Origin: Macrostomum lignano
Lineage: Eukaryota
Length of the DNA stretch: 64,000 nt
Reading direction: 5' to 3'
Assembly: GCA_002269645.1 (NCBI GenBank)
Contig: NIVC01000104.1
Coordinates: 897,179 to 961,178 of the forward strand
Part shown: piece after piece, positions 36,590 through 49,072 of the stretch
Numbering within the stretch: position 1 is the stretch's first letter
Layout: the number at the start of each line of letters is the position of its first letter
Notes under the pieces: model-generated
The model's database searches: none
Seen by the model: only the letters and a program-made list of their open reading frames with translations
Told to the model about the DNA's origin: nothing
Made by a program: the position numbers and the translations under genes

Positions 36590-38750
36590 TCAGCACAGCC
36601 CCGGCACCAGCTGCAGCACCACCCGGCCCTGCTGGCTGCCGCTGTTGCCGCCGGTGACGCCGCTGCAGTCGAGGCCGTCGCAGGCGGAGCCGCCGCCCCT
36701 CCGGCGTGATTCAGGCCGAGACCCGCGCCGCCTCCGCTGAAGCCGCCGCCCGCGCCAGCGGCGCCTCGACGGCCACCGCCGCTGCCGCCGGCGCCGCCGC
36801 CTCCTCCAAAGCCGCCGACGCCGGTGTTGCCGGAGCCGGCAAGGCCGCCAGTCCAGCCTTCGGCGGGACCGCCGCCGCCGTCTCCATCATCAGTGCTCAG
36901 TCTCTGATTTATTGGCCCGCCCAGCCAGCCGGCGCCGCAGCCTCCGTGGTGGCTGTTTCTTGGGTCCTGCTGGGGTCGTTGAAGCCCGGGCCTCCGTTGG
37001 TGCCACCAAAGCCGGCGTTATCACTATAAGAAGTTGAGTCGCTTCCGTTGGAGCCTGACTGACCGGAAATGCCTGGTCGATGAAAACATTGGCAAGGAAA
37101 ACCCGTAGAAGCGTCTCGAACTAATTATAAATGCCCGGCGGGAAATTCGAGGGCCGTGTGAGCTTTCTGTGTGAGCGTGTGTAGGAGCTTATATGTAATA
37201 TGTGTTTGGGAATAAGGGAATGCACAGATGGTGGGACGATGTCGCCGAAGGCGTTGCACCAGGGTGTCCAAAGCCCACCTGCAAGCTGCAGATGTTACTT
37301 TTATTGGTTGGTCACTTTCTCATTCTGCTTCTGACACTCGATCCCTGCAGCAGGAATATCTTAAAACTTTATTTCAGTATGTTTAATTATACTTAAGTGG
37401 AGTAAGAGCGTTCATGTCACTGGCACAGCAAATTTTCATAGATCTATCTTACATTTCATAAACAGTTTTAGTATTTTTCCTGAGTTCATTCAGTGCGTCT
37501 GGCTGTAGTGTAGAGTAGAGGTCAATAAGTGCCGGCAAGCGATAATTCAAAGCCGTTTTCTTTGGGTTGTGTCTCGACTAAAGAGCACCTGGAGCTGCTC
37601 ATGCATTCCACATTGGGAGGCCAGTTCAAAGCAATTTCACTTGCCATTTCGTCTAAGGGACGCCCCGCCGCCGCCTCCCGCGGCGACCAGAAGGCGACCG
37701 TCGGCGCCGCCGACGAACACGAAGCTGCCGCCGCCACCGCCTCCGCCGCAGTCGCCGTTGACGGCCGGTCCGCCGGCCTGACCGACCAAAACCGACAGCC
37801 GGACGCCGGCAGTCAGGTTGAAGCGGCCCGACATCGAGGCTCCGCTACCGCCAGCTGTGCCTGCGAAGCTGTTGGAGCCGCCTGCAGCGCCCGGGCCTCG
37901 ATTTGGTAGCAGCCGGTCAGCTCGACTGTCAGCTGCTGGATGGAGCCGTCGCGGCCCGAGCTCGAGTCTGGGAGTCAGTGAGGGTCAGCGGGGTCAGCTG
38001 AGTTGCTGTGAGAATGAGCTGGCATGAGAATGAGCTGGCATGAGAGTGAGCTGGTGTGAGAATGAGCTGGCATGAGAATGAGCTGGCATGAGAATGAGCT
38101 GGCATGAGAGTGAGCAGGCGTGAGAATGAGCTGGTATGAGAATGAGCTGGCATGAGAATGAGCTGGCATGAGAATGGGCTGGCATGAGAATGAGATGGCA
38201 TGAAAATGAGCTGGCATGAGAATGAGCTGGCATGAGAATGAGCTGGCATGAGAATGAGCTGGCATAAGAATTAGCTGGCATGAGAATGAGCTGGTATGAG
38301 AGTGAGTTGGCATCAGAATGCGCTGGCATAAGAATTAGCTGGCATGGGAATGAGCTGGCATGAGAATGAGCTGGCATGAGAATGAGATGGCATGAGAGTG
38401 AGCTGGCGTGAGAATGAGCTGGCATCAGAATGAGCTGGCATGAGAATGAGAACTTGAAACTGCGCCGGCGGCACGCACTTGAGAACTTGAGAACGAGTTC
38501 TCACGCACTTGAGAACTCGTGCGTGATGTTGAGCCTCCTCGACTCGATGACGCTGTCGATGTCGACCGCCTTCCACACCTCGGCGCCGGCCTCGGATCCC
38601 AGCGACCTCCACGCGTGACTGCGCGGCGGTCCGGCAGTCCGCGAGGCGTCCTCGACGAAGAGCAGCTGGCAGACGCGGCTGGCCTGCAGCAGGCTGACTG
38701 CCGCACAGCGCCTCGACCAGCAGCTGAGCAGGCAGTCTTGGATGGATGAG
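36590..38750 (-). pseudogene. Truncated paralog (copy A) of the PAN + ALK/LTK glycine-rich gene
   Basis: Exon remnants about 38750-38509, 37967-37645 and 37072-36590 are homologous to copy B. It lacks the signal-peptide exon and the 5' part of exon 2, and has single-base frameshifts near 37892, 36955 and 36690. Confidence 0.75.
37990..38450. repeat. 16-bp minisatellite (intron 2 of copy A)
   Basis: Unit GAGAATGAGCTGGCAT. Confidence 0.95.
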
Positions 38751-39702
38751 TGGCTGCGTGAGGGAGGCTGGGACTGGTGGGGCGGGTTTGGGATCAGCGG
38801 CTGCGTGAGGGAAGCTGAGACTGGCGTGGGGGGGGGGTTGGGATGAGCGGCTTCGTGAGGGAGTCTGGTACTGACTAATACATAACTTTAAATTTTCATA
38901 AATTAGATTCTTCTGATTGACTCAGTCTGCAAGATAAAAATTTCAATGCGAACTATATCATATCAGTTCAGAGCTCACCAGTCAAGATCCCGCAGGCAAT
39001 GATTATAATTACTGGTAGGGCTCGCATTCTGCACCTGCTAGTTGCTATTCACAGTTTGAGCTTCTGCTTAAACTTTTCTGTCAGCAACTGGGAAAAGTTA
39101 TAGCAGGCATATCGCAATTTCCTAATCGTTCCATCATTGGATGCCGGATTCATTGGACGAAATATTTCTGGCAGTTGTTAAATTCCCAACGTTACAGTCC
39201 GGGGTACTTTTTTATAGCAAACAGTCTAAGGAAATGACTGCTGAGACGCAAGGAGGCCTCAGAATTGGAGCCTACATTCACAAATCTGTTCCCATACTTC
39301 GCACATTGTTGCAGTTCTGAATGTGCAGTATTTTCTCTCTTTGGATAAAGCATTTTTCTCAGTTTTGTGTAAATAAGAAGCGCTCTTCCCAACATTAATT
39401 AGCAGCTCCACCGATTTTTATTAGGAACACGTGTGTCTTCCCTAACATAGCATCTTCTCCAGCAATCAACGAAGACCGGAGGGGTGCTCTATCCTCCAAG
39501 CAGACGATGGAGATTACACTTCAATAATTCTGCTTCTGTTCCTGAATCTGCTTGGGCTTCTGCTTCTCTTACTCGAGGCTTCGCGACCCTCGGGATTCTT
39601 TCTGCTCTCACAAGGTCTATGGTATTGGTATACGGCATTGGTATATTCCCACCAGATTTACGGGGCAGAAATGTCACAGAAATCTTCAGTCTTCATTAGT
39701 AT

Positions 39703-40263
39703 CGCTTTTGACTATCGAAATGGGAATTTGGACAATCAAAACGGGACGCCATAGACATTAAAGCCACGCCACAGACTCGGGCCGCTTGGGAATACACAAC
39801 CAGAATGTGGAATGAACAATCAAAATGGGAAAAATCCATTCGCCCAATTTAATGTATTTTTATATCTCAGGGCCACTGGAATATTTAGAATTGAACAAAG
39901 TGTACCGGAAGCAAAACAAAAGTAATTCAGAACTCCTTGAGCGTCTGGAAATAATTTTCATCGAGTTTCTCAACCAATTGAAATGGGCTGTAAATTACAG
40001 AGGGCTGTAAAATCTCAGTCCGATTCCCGTTTTGAATCGCTTCTTTCCATATTGAATTTCCAAAGTTTTAGTCTATGGCCAAGTCTCCCTAAGTAGACTT
40101 TGCTCAAGGAGTTCTATAATTAGGAATTAGGATGCTCATTATGGAACTCCTTGACTTTGCTAAACTGCTTAAGTCCATGACTAGGGTGTGATCTGTGGCC
40201 TGGCTTGAATGTCTATGGCGTCCTGTTTTGAATGTCCAAATTTCCATTTGATTGTCAAAAGCG
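39703..40263. mobile_element. Inverted-repeat pair, possible MITE or TE end relic
   Basis: 39703-39775 matches the reverse complement of 40192-40263 (about 7 differences in 73 nt). No TSD identified. Confidence 0.4.
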
Positions 40264-41169
40264 ACAGCAAATTGGATCATAAACAAAGAGTTTATTTTTA
40301 GAACGGCTGAACTTCAAAGTAATCACGGACTTATTAGATGCTGAGATGAAGATTTCCATTGAAGCCCAAATTCGGGATTCGACATCATCTAAAAGCCATA
40401 GACTAAAACTGCGAAAAATAAAGCTTGGAACTTGGCTAAGTGCTTCTTTTTGCGGGCATTATGGCGGCTACATCATGCTCGATTCGTGTTATAAAGAAGA
40501 CGTCTGCAACTCCGTTATCACGTGACCTCATCAGCCAACTATACTTATGACTAGAAGTTGAAGCTGCAGTTGTTAACGATCCCGACCAGCTGATGAGGCT
40601 GGCCTGTCACGGCTCCTGTTGTGGCTTCTGACAGGATTAACGCGATCAATTGGTGGAAGAGACAGTTACTCCGAGATCCGCAAGATCTTCAAGCAAATTT
40701 TCCAATTCTGGATTCAATGCGTATAGCTGCATCCAACGCCAGGAGCCGGTAATCCAGTCCATCGGTAACACTAGTCTGAGTTGCCAGCAAAGAAAGATAT
40801 AGAAAGCCCATCTCTTCGCGATGCAAACCTGCTGATATCACCACCAAAGTATGCAGTTCATGTCGAGCAAAGGCATGGCAATTTGCGTCGGATAAACAAC
40901 GCAGAGAAATGTTGAAACACGACCCTAAATATACTTCTCTCAACTGACGAGCTGCAAATGAACCAGAAACTCTACCATAGCCTATGAAAATGATTTCATA
41001 GACTTAACAGTTATCCAATTTATATGTGTGCCAAGAGTTTCAGTCGTATTGACTGGAGTATCCACACTCAGTTTCAGAATATTGGCTCTATAACTTGAGC
41101 GGATTCTCCTGAGAAAAGCGTACCTTCGAGCAACTTCTCAGTTCAATCATACCAACCTGAGTAAATTCT

Positions 41170-41425
41170 CAGTGTCAGGAGGTGGGCTCATGCTCAGTGT
41201 CAGGAGGTGGGCTCATGCCTCATGCTCAGTGTCAGGAGGTGGCATGTCAGTGTCAGGAGATGGGCTCATGCTCAGTGTCAGGAGGTGGCATGTCAGTGTC
41301 AGGAGGTGGCATGTCAGTGTCAGGAGGTGGCATGTCAGTGTCAGGAGGTGGCATGTCAGTGTCAGGAGGTGGCATGTCAGTGTCAGGAGGTGGCATGTCA
41401 GTGTCAGGAGGTGGCATGTCAGTGT
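41170..41425. repeat. 21-bp minisatellite
   Basis: Unit GTCAGTGTCAGGAGGTGGCAT, immediately 3' of the copy B stop codon. Confidence 0.93.
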
Positions 41426-41440
41426 CATGAACTGCCTGCC

Positions 41441-43381
41441 TCAGCACAGCCCCGGCACCAGCTGCACCACCACCCGGCCCTGCTGGCTGCCGCTGTTGCC
41501 GCCAGTGACGCCGCTGCAGTCGAAGCCGTCGCAGAAGGAGCCGCCGCCCCCTCCTGCGTGGTTCTGGCCGGTACCTGCGCCACCTCCGCTAAAGCCGCCG
41601 CCCGCGCCGCCCGCGCCAATCAGGCCCTCACCGCTGCCGCCGGCGCCGCCGCCTCCGCCGAAGCCGCCCAAGCCGGTGTTTCCCAGGCCAGCGAGGCCGC
41701 CGACCCAGCCTTCGGCAGAGCTGCCGCCGCCGTCTCCGTCATTGGCGCTGCGCCGAGCGTTGACCGGCTTGCCCAGCCAGCCGGCGCCGCAGCCACCGTG
41801 ATTAACCAACCGGAAGGTTTTCTGCGGCCTGTTGGAGCCGGGATTTCCGTTGGCACCGCCGATGCCCACAGCCACGGCGGCGGCTGTGGAGTCCGTGCCA
41901 TTGGGGCCCTGCTGCCCGGCGACTCCTGAAGAGCGACATTTGCCAGTTCCTCATTTACAAGCCAACTGCAGTGCGCCTACCTGTGGCATCGATCAGCATT
42001 GAGGAACCGTTCGCACCTGACTGGCTGTAGGACGCCCCGCCGCCGCCTCCCGCGGCGACCAGAAGGTGACCGCCGGCGCCGCCGACGAACACGAAGCTGC
42101 CGCCGCCGCCGCCTCCGCCGCAGTCGACGTTGACGGCCGGTCCGCCGGCCTGACCGACCAAAATCGACAGCCGGACGCCGGCAGTCAGGTTGAAGCGGCC
42201 TGACATCGAGGCTCCGCTGCCGCCAGCTGTGCCTGCGAAGCTGTTGGAGCCGCCTGCAGCGCCCCGGGCCTCGATTCGGTAGCAGCCGGTCAGCTCGACT
42301 GTCAGCTGCTGGATGGAGCCGTTGCGGCCCGAGCTCGAGTCTGGGAGTCAGTGGGGGTCAGTGGGGTCAACTGAGTTGCTGTGAGAATGAGCTGGTATGA
42401 GAATGAGCTGGCGTGAGAATGAGCTGGCATGAGAATGAGATGGCATGGGAGTGAGCTGGCATGAGAATGAGCTGGCATGAGAATGAGCTGGCATGGGAGT
42501 GAGCTGGCATGAGAGTAAGCTGGTATGAGAATGAGCTGGCATGAGAATGAGCTGGCATGAGAATGAGCTGGCATGAGAATGAGCTGGCATGAGAATGAGC
42601 TGGCATGAGAATGAGCTGGCATGAGAATGATCTGGCATGAGAATGAGCTGGCTTGAGAATGAGATGGCATGAGAATGAGATGGCATGAGAATGAGATGGC
42701 ATGAGAATGAGAAATTGGGACTGGTCTCACTTGAGAACTCTTTCGTGATGTTGAGCCTTCTCGAGTCGATGACGCTGTCGATGTCGACCGCCTTCCACAC
42801 CTCGGCGCCGGCCTCGGATCCCAGCGACCTCCACGCGTGTCTGCCCGGCGGTCCGGCAGTCCGCGAGGCGTCCTCGACGAAGAGCAGCTGGCAGACGCGG
42901 CTGGCCCGCAGCAGGCTGACTGCCGCACAGCGCCTCGACCAGCAGCTGAGCAGGCAGTCTTGGATGGAGGCTGAGCTGGGCTCGCTGATGATGAGGCTGC
43001 TGACGGTCGGGTCGAGCAGGACTGGGCCGGAGGAGTTGATGAAGCGGCTGCAGCTGGCGAGCGCCTGTGTGAGGGAGGCTGGGACTGGCGGGGCGGGTTT
43101 GGGATGAGCGGCTGCGTGAGGGAGGCTGGGACCGGCGGGGCGGGTTTAGGATGAGCGGCTGCGTGAGGGAGGCTGGGACTGGTGGGGCGGGTTTGGGATG
43201 AGCGCCTGCGTGAGGGAGGCTGGGACTGGCGGGGCGGGTATGGGATGAGCGGCTGCGTGAGGGAGGCTGGGACTGGCGGGGCGGGTTTAGGATGAGCGGA
43301 TGCAGGTGGCGACTTAGCAACAGAGCTTTTCAGCTTACCTATCGTCAGCAGGCAGAAACAGGCAAGAGTTATTGGTGCCAT
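41441..43381 (-). CDS. Secreted protein: signal peptide + PAN/apple-like Cys domain + ALK/LTK-type glycine-rich domain (copy B, about 399 aa, 4 exons)
   Basis: Exons 43381-43339, 43078-42731, 42340-42017 and 41925-41441, all phase-1 GT-AG, 1200 nt in frame. N-terminus MAPITLACFCLLTIASLTQALA, then QDCLLSCWSRRCAAVSLLRASRVCQL, then [60 protein letters not shown]. No TM or kinase segment. Confidence 0.82.
42380..42715. repeat. 16-bp minisatellite (intron 2 of copy B)
   Basis: Same GAGAATGAGCTGGCAT unit as in copy A. Confidence 0.95.
43070..43305. repeat. 47-bp repeat spanning the intron 1 acceptor of copy B
   Basis: Period 47 (GGATGAGCG at 43102, 43149, 43196), about 5 copies; about 3 degenerate copies in copy A at 38745-38865. 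Confidence 0.9.
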
Positions 43382-44495
43382 TTTGATTTACAAGATCTTA
43401 AATATTTTTCTTAAAAAGCGACTCTTTCCGAAGTAATCCTAGCAACTAAGCTGTTTGATGGAGACCATTATAAATTCAGTGTTATAATTTTTTCGGCCAA
43501 GCCCAAGACTAATCTTCTCAAAGAGACCCCTGACTTTTATGGTGATGCCTCTGTTGTGGGGAAAACTAAGTTTCACCCCTCATCACATGCTAAAACAGAA
43601 GTTGTATACAGATAATTACTTTTAACTTAATTGGCCTTTTCTGAGAGCCTGGGACAGCCCCGCCTGCCGATAGGTAAAATGCGAATTTTCATTTAGCGCT
43701 TACTTGGGATCGCTGAGAGGCTTTGAGGGATTCGATGCATTGGCAAGAGGCTGTATCTGTGACAGTTGGGCAATTCGGTTGCCATGGCAACTGCCTACTG
43801 AGCACTCAGCGTAGGTTATTGTCTCAGCTGGTCATATAAGGTATCGAGGTGTTGAGCAGAAGAGTAAAAAGTTAGTTTGATTAATCTTTTTTATTTACTC
43901 TGCAAATTTGTAGACTGATAGACAAACAGAGAGAGAGAAAGAAAGAAAGACGCTAGCGAAGGCGTATTCAGCCCACCAGTGAAGTATGAGACAGGCCAGG
44001 TCTATGGGCTACGGTCTGCGATCGCTTCACGCCTGCCCCTATCTTCAGCAGGTGGGGGCCGGTATGAGGTCTGCACCACCAGCACTATTAATACTTAAGG
44101 CGATTTTTAGAGCTGGGTTTTTAGATGTTTTTTTCGCAAAAAAACAAATTATACTGACACATATACAGACACTGTCACTATACTACTGACAAGAAATATG
44201 CAAGTAGCGTGGTAATTTCTATTTGTACTTCCAGATGTACATCTCTCAATATACTAAAACTGACGCGATGCTTCAGAGGCGCGCGGGCTGTACAATATCA
44301 CTCTCTCCAAGCAATGGGGTGGTAGTGGTTGCGTCATCCCCCAAGTTCGACCCTCCAGACTGTATGAAGGCAATGCTTTCTATTTCTATTGAAAGTGTAG
44401 ATGATAAAAGACGCCATGTCGCGCTTTAGGTGAATGAGGACTTAAATATGCGGACTTCACTACTTCATGGGTAAAAGTGTCAAGTTTGGCAATAC

Positions 44496-47400
44496 TGAAG
44501 CGGCTTGCGAGCGGTAGCTAGTTGAAAAGTAGCAAGCAAGCAAAAACAGTTTTCCGAGTACATCTGTTAGGGGCATATGAGCGTAGTTCTTTGTATTCTT
44601 TATACGTAGTTCTTGGTCGCAAAACCGGCGTCGGGACTGGGTCTTCCGCGTCGATGACGACTGGCTTCAGCCTCTCGACTGACACCTGGTCGCTGCGAGT
44701 GCCCAGGTCCAGCAGGAAAGCTTCATGGCGTCCCGCTCGAGGACCTTGAACCGGCCGTCGTAAGGTCGCTGCAGTGGAGGGCGGTGGCCGTCGCGCCGGA
44801 TTAAGACGAACTGGCAGGCGTCGAGGGCAGCGGGCCAGGCTGTGGGGCGGCTGCCGTGACGGGACGTCAGCGTCGGCTGGAATGCCTGGACGGCACCGCG
44901 GAGCCGGGCGGGGAACTGGTCGTGGTCGCCGGGCGGCGGGCTGGGCTGCAGGCACTCGCCGGGCACGCAGAGGGGCGCACCGTAGACCAGCTCGGCCGAC
45001 GAGGCCGGCAGGTCCTCCTTAGGGGCTGCCCGGATGCCGAGCAGCACCCAGGGCAGCTCGCTGACCCAGGCTGGTCCGGTCAGCCGCGCCATGAGGCACG
45101 GCTGCCGGTGGAAACGCTCGACCAGCCCATTCGCCTGCGGATGGAAAGCCATGGTCCGGTGCAGCTGCATGCCGAACAACCGGGAGACGTTGGACCACAG
45201 CTGCGACGTGAACTGCGAGCCGCGGTCCGAGGTGATATCGCTCGGCACGCCGAGCGTGGCGATCCAATGGGCGATGAAGGCGGAGGCGCATGCGGCCGCG
45301 GAGGTGTCGGTCATCGGTATCGCCTCGGGCCACCTGGTGAAACGGTCCTTGATGGTCAGCAGATGCGTGAACCTTGCGAAGGCAGCAGCGGCCCCACCAG
45401 GTTGACGTGCACCTGGGCGAAGCGCTGGTCCGGGACGCGGATATTGTCAACCGGGGCGGAGACGTGCCGCTGCACCGTGGCCGTCTGACAAGCGACGCAG
45501 GACCGGGCCCACTGGCTGACGTCCTTGTTCATGCCGGCCCCCCCCCCCACGAACTTGGCGGCCACGAGGCGCCGCGTGCTGCGGATGGACGGGTGGGCGA
45601 GGCCGTATGTGGCGTCGAAGACGTTGCGGCGGAAATCCGGTGGCACTAACGGGCGCGACCGGCCCGTGGAGATGTCGCAGAGCAGGTCGACACCGGGGCT
45701 GAACTGCAGCGGGCTCTAGTTGTATGCTGGCGTCGGCCTGACTGGCCGTATCGGCCGCCTGCGCCTGCGCCATTGCCGCAAAATCCACTGCAGCAAAGAA
45801 ACCGTGCAGCGAAACAGCGCGTCTGCGACCGAGTTGTCCTTGCCCGCCACGCGCTGGATGTCCGTGGTGAACTTGGACACGTAGGCCAGGTGGCGCTGCT
45901 GCCGGGCGGACGTCGGACATCTTGGACATGGCGGTGACCAGTGGCTTGTAGTCCGTGAAAGCAGCGAATGTGCGGCCCTCGAGGAAATAGCGAACCGCCG
46001 CCAGGTACAAGGCGAGCAGCTCGTGGTCGAACGCGCTGTACTTCTGCTCGGGCCGGAGGAGCTGCCGGCTGAAGAAGGCAAACGGCTGTCAGGCGCCGCC
46101 AACCCGCTGCTCGAGCGCCGCACGGACTGCGGTATCGGAGGCATCGTATGGCCGCGGGTGCGCCAGCATGGCGGCAGAGGCCAGCGCCCGCTTCGCTCCG
46201 TCGAAAGTGGCGGTCAGCTCAGGCGTCCACCGGACGAACTTCTTGCCGGCCATGGCCGCATGGATGGGGCGCAGCAGCTGGGCGGCGCGCGGAACGAAGC
46301 GGTGGTAGAAATTCACCATGCCGGCGAACTCCTGCAGGCCCTTTAGCGTGCCGCTGGCGACTTTAGCGGGCAGCGGCACGGCCCCTTGGGCGCTGATCCG
46401 GTGGCCGAGGAAGTCGATCTCGCTGCGGCCGAACCCGCACTTTGCCGGATTGACGATAAGGCCGTTGTCGGCCAGGCGCTGGAACAGCGTCCACAGGTGC
46501 TCCAGGTGCTGCTGCGGGCTGCGGCTGGCGACCAGGAAGTCGTCGATGTAGTCGAAAACGAAGTCCAGGTCTTGGCAGACGGAGTACACCAGCCGCTGGA
46601 AGGCCTGGGCGGCGTTCTTGAGGCCGAACAGCATTCGCAGGAACTCGAGAAGAGGCCAAACGGGGTGGTGACTGCGGTCTTGGCACGTCAACTGTGGCCA
46701 CGGGCACCTGGTGGTAGCCGCGGACCAGGTCGATCTTGGAGAAGATCGAGCAGCCGGCCAGGCGCGCTGAGAAGTCCTGGATGTGCGGCACCGGGTAGTG
46801 GTCGGGCACCATGGCATCGTTGAGCCGCCTGAAGTCGCCGCAGGGCCGCCAGAGGCCTTTGGCACCATATGCAACGGCGAGGACCACGGGCTGTTGGACC
46901 GGCGCACGATGCCGAGCTGCTCCAGGAGCCGGAACTCCTCCTTGGCCACCGCCAGCTTGTCCGGCGGGCCCTGCGTCGGGATTTGGTGCTCCAACACGTG
47001 TCGTGGCGCAGCCCGCTGGAAACTGGGCTCGGTGAGGGCGGGGAACTCGGCCAGCAGCTGGTTGTATGGGTCCGCAGCGGCGGCTGCGGCGAGCTGCAGT
47101 CCGGGCCCCGCGCCGTCCAGCAGGTGCACGCTGGCGAGCGAGCGGGCGTCCAGGTGGCGTCGGTGCGACAGGTCCACCAGCAGGCGGTGGTGCCGCAGGA
47201 AGTCGGTCAGCCGGCCGGCTGTCCCAGAGCTTGTCCGCCTGCTGCGCTGCTGCCCGGGGGTCCGCGAAACTGACGGTTGTCATGGCCATGCGTACCTCCG
47301 GTGGCAGCTGTTGGCGGAACAGTTCCTCGAACAGCAGGCAGGGGCGGTGGTTCCCCAGCAGGGCGAGCATCTCGTCTATCAACTCGGACGGCCGCCGGTC

Positions 47401-47844
47401 GCCAAGGCCGGACATGCTGAGCAGGCGGCTGGCCCGCTGCTGAGGAGTCAAATCGAACGTGCTATTGAGGCGCTCCTTTAGCTGAGCTTCTTTACTTGTT
47501 CGCCTCTGGAGGAGCCTCGAGCACATCGAGGAGGCGCTCTGCTGTCTGCTGGTCAAGAGCTGCGACCAGATGGGCGTACTTGGTCTTGTCCTGAGTGATG
47601 CCTCTCTGGGTAAACTGAGCCTCGGCTTGGATAAAGCAGGCTCGAGGCTGGGCCGCCCAAAACGTGGGCAACTACGGGGACACAGCAGAGTCGATTTGTG
47701 GGGCCATTGCACGAAATGGCTGCGTCGGACTCACCAATGAAGCGGCTTGCGAGTGGTAGCTAGTTGAAAAGTAGCAAGCGAGCAAAAACAGTTTTCCGAG
47801 TATATTTGTTAGGGGCATACGAGCGTAGTTCTTTATACGCGACA
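44496..47844 (-). mobile_element. Decayed Ty3/Gypsy LTR retrotransposon, CsRn1/Kabuki-like
   Basis: Minus-strand order: gag relic (..QAQFTQRGITQDKTKYAHLV.., LGDRRPSELIDEM), RT (YPVPHIQDF, FSKIDLVRGYHQ, RMLFGLKNAAQAFQR, YIDD), RNase H (DASD, YSAFDHELLA), integrase (HPSIRST..CVACQ, ITSDRGSQFTS, HPQANGLVERFHR, PYDG). 5' LTR 47844-47738 is TG..CA; 3' LTR at 44496-44605 is damaged. Many frameshifts; no protease recognised; no matching TSD. Confidence 0.93.
47720..47736 (-). other. Primer-binding site, tRNA-Trp-like
   Basis: TGGTGAGTCCGACGCAG immediately inside the 5' LTR, close to the TGGTGACCCCGACG Trp-type PBS used by CsRn1-clade elements. Confidence 0.65.
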
Positions 47845-48059
47845 AAGAATAGGGAGGTGCGAGTCAACTATCGAGAGGGTTTTTGTTAAATTAGGCTCAT
47901 TATAATTGGTCTGTGCTGTTAAAAGATCCGCTTGCAGAATGTAGATTGGAAATGGACGGTAAGAATTCGTTAACTGTTAGAAATGGAAATGTTTGGTCAG
48001 AGATAACAGGGAAATTATGTGAATACGAGTCTGCTGACCATTGGATAGCCGTGCTAGTG

Positions 48060-48592
48060 TCTAATGCCTAAGGTGTTTGACCTAGCCGATGGGCTGGAGG
48101 GCCGGGGAGTAGTCTGGTCGCTAGCGGCCCCCCTCCTGATGTCGGGCCAGCCTTTAGGGTTATTTTGGCCTACTGCCCGCCCGGTCAGGTGGAGCGGCAA
48201 AGAGGGTACTGCGCCCCTTCGAGGGTAGCCCACCAACATTTATCATGGCCTTCGAACCGACTATGGATAAAAAAGCTTTACCTAGGGACGGGGACCTTTC
48301 TAAACCCCAACCTCAGTCCGAAGGATCGGCCGGCTGTGCTGGCATATCCAACGGGAGCCATCGAAACCAAGGTGCGGGGGCCAAAGCGGCGGCGCCCATC
48401 AAGGGTGTTGAAGCAACCGGCTCCTCAAAGCAAACAGACGGGACGACCGGTGGAGGCTCCAGCAGTTCAGCGGCGGTGCTCTCTGGAGATGCTGCTGCGA
48501 CTGCTGAGGCTGAAACCACGGCGCGGCAAATGACCACGACCAACAAAGAGATTCCTTCTCGAGCTACCTTTGCCGCAAAGGCCAGAATCTAG
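48060..48592 (+). mobile_element. Possible 5' fragment of a non-LTR retroelement
   Basis: GC-rich structured leader followed by a low-complexity Ala/Gly/Thr ORF (48245-48592) that ends at a GACA tract. No diagnostic domain seen. Confidence 0.25.
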
Positions 48593-48603
48593 AAGACCAG
48601 GAC

Positions 48604-49072
<469 letters not shown>

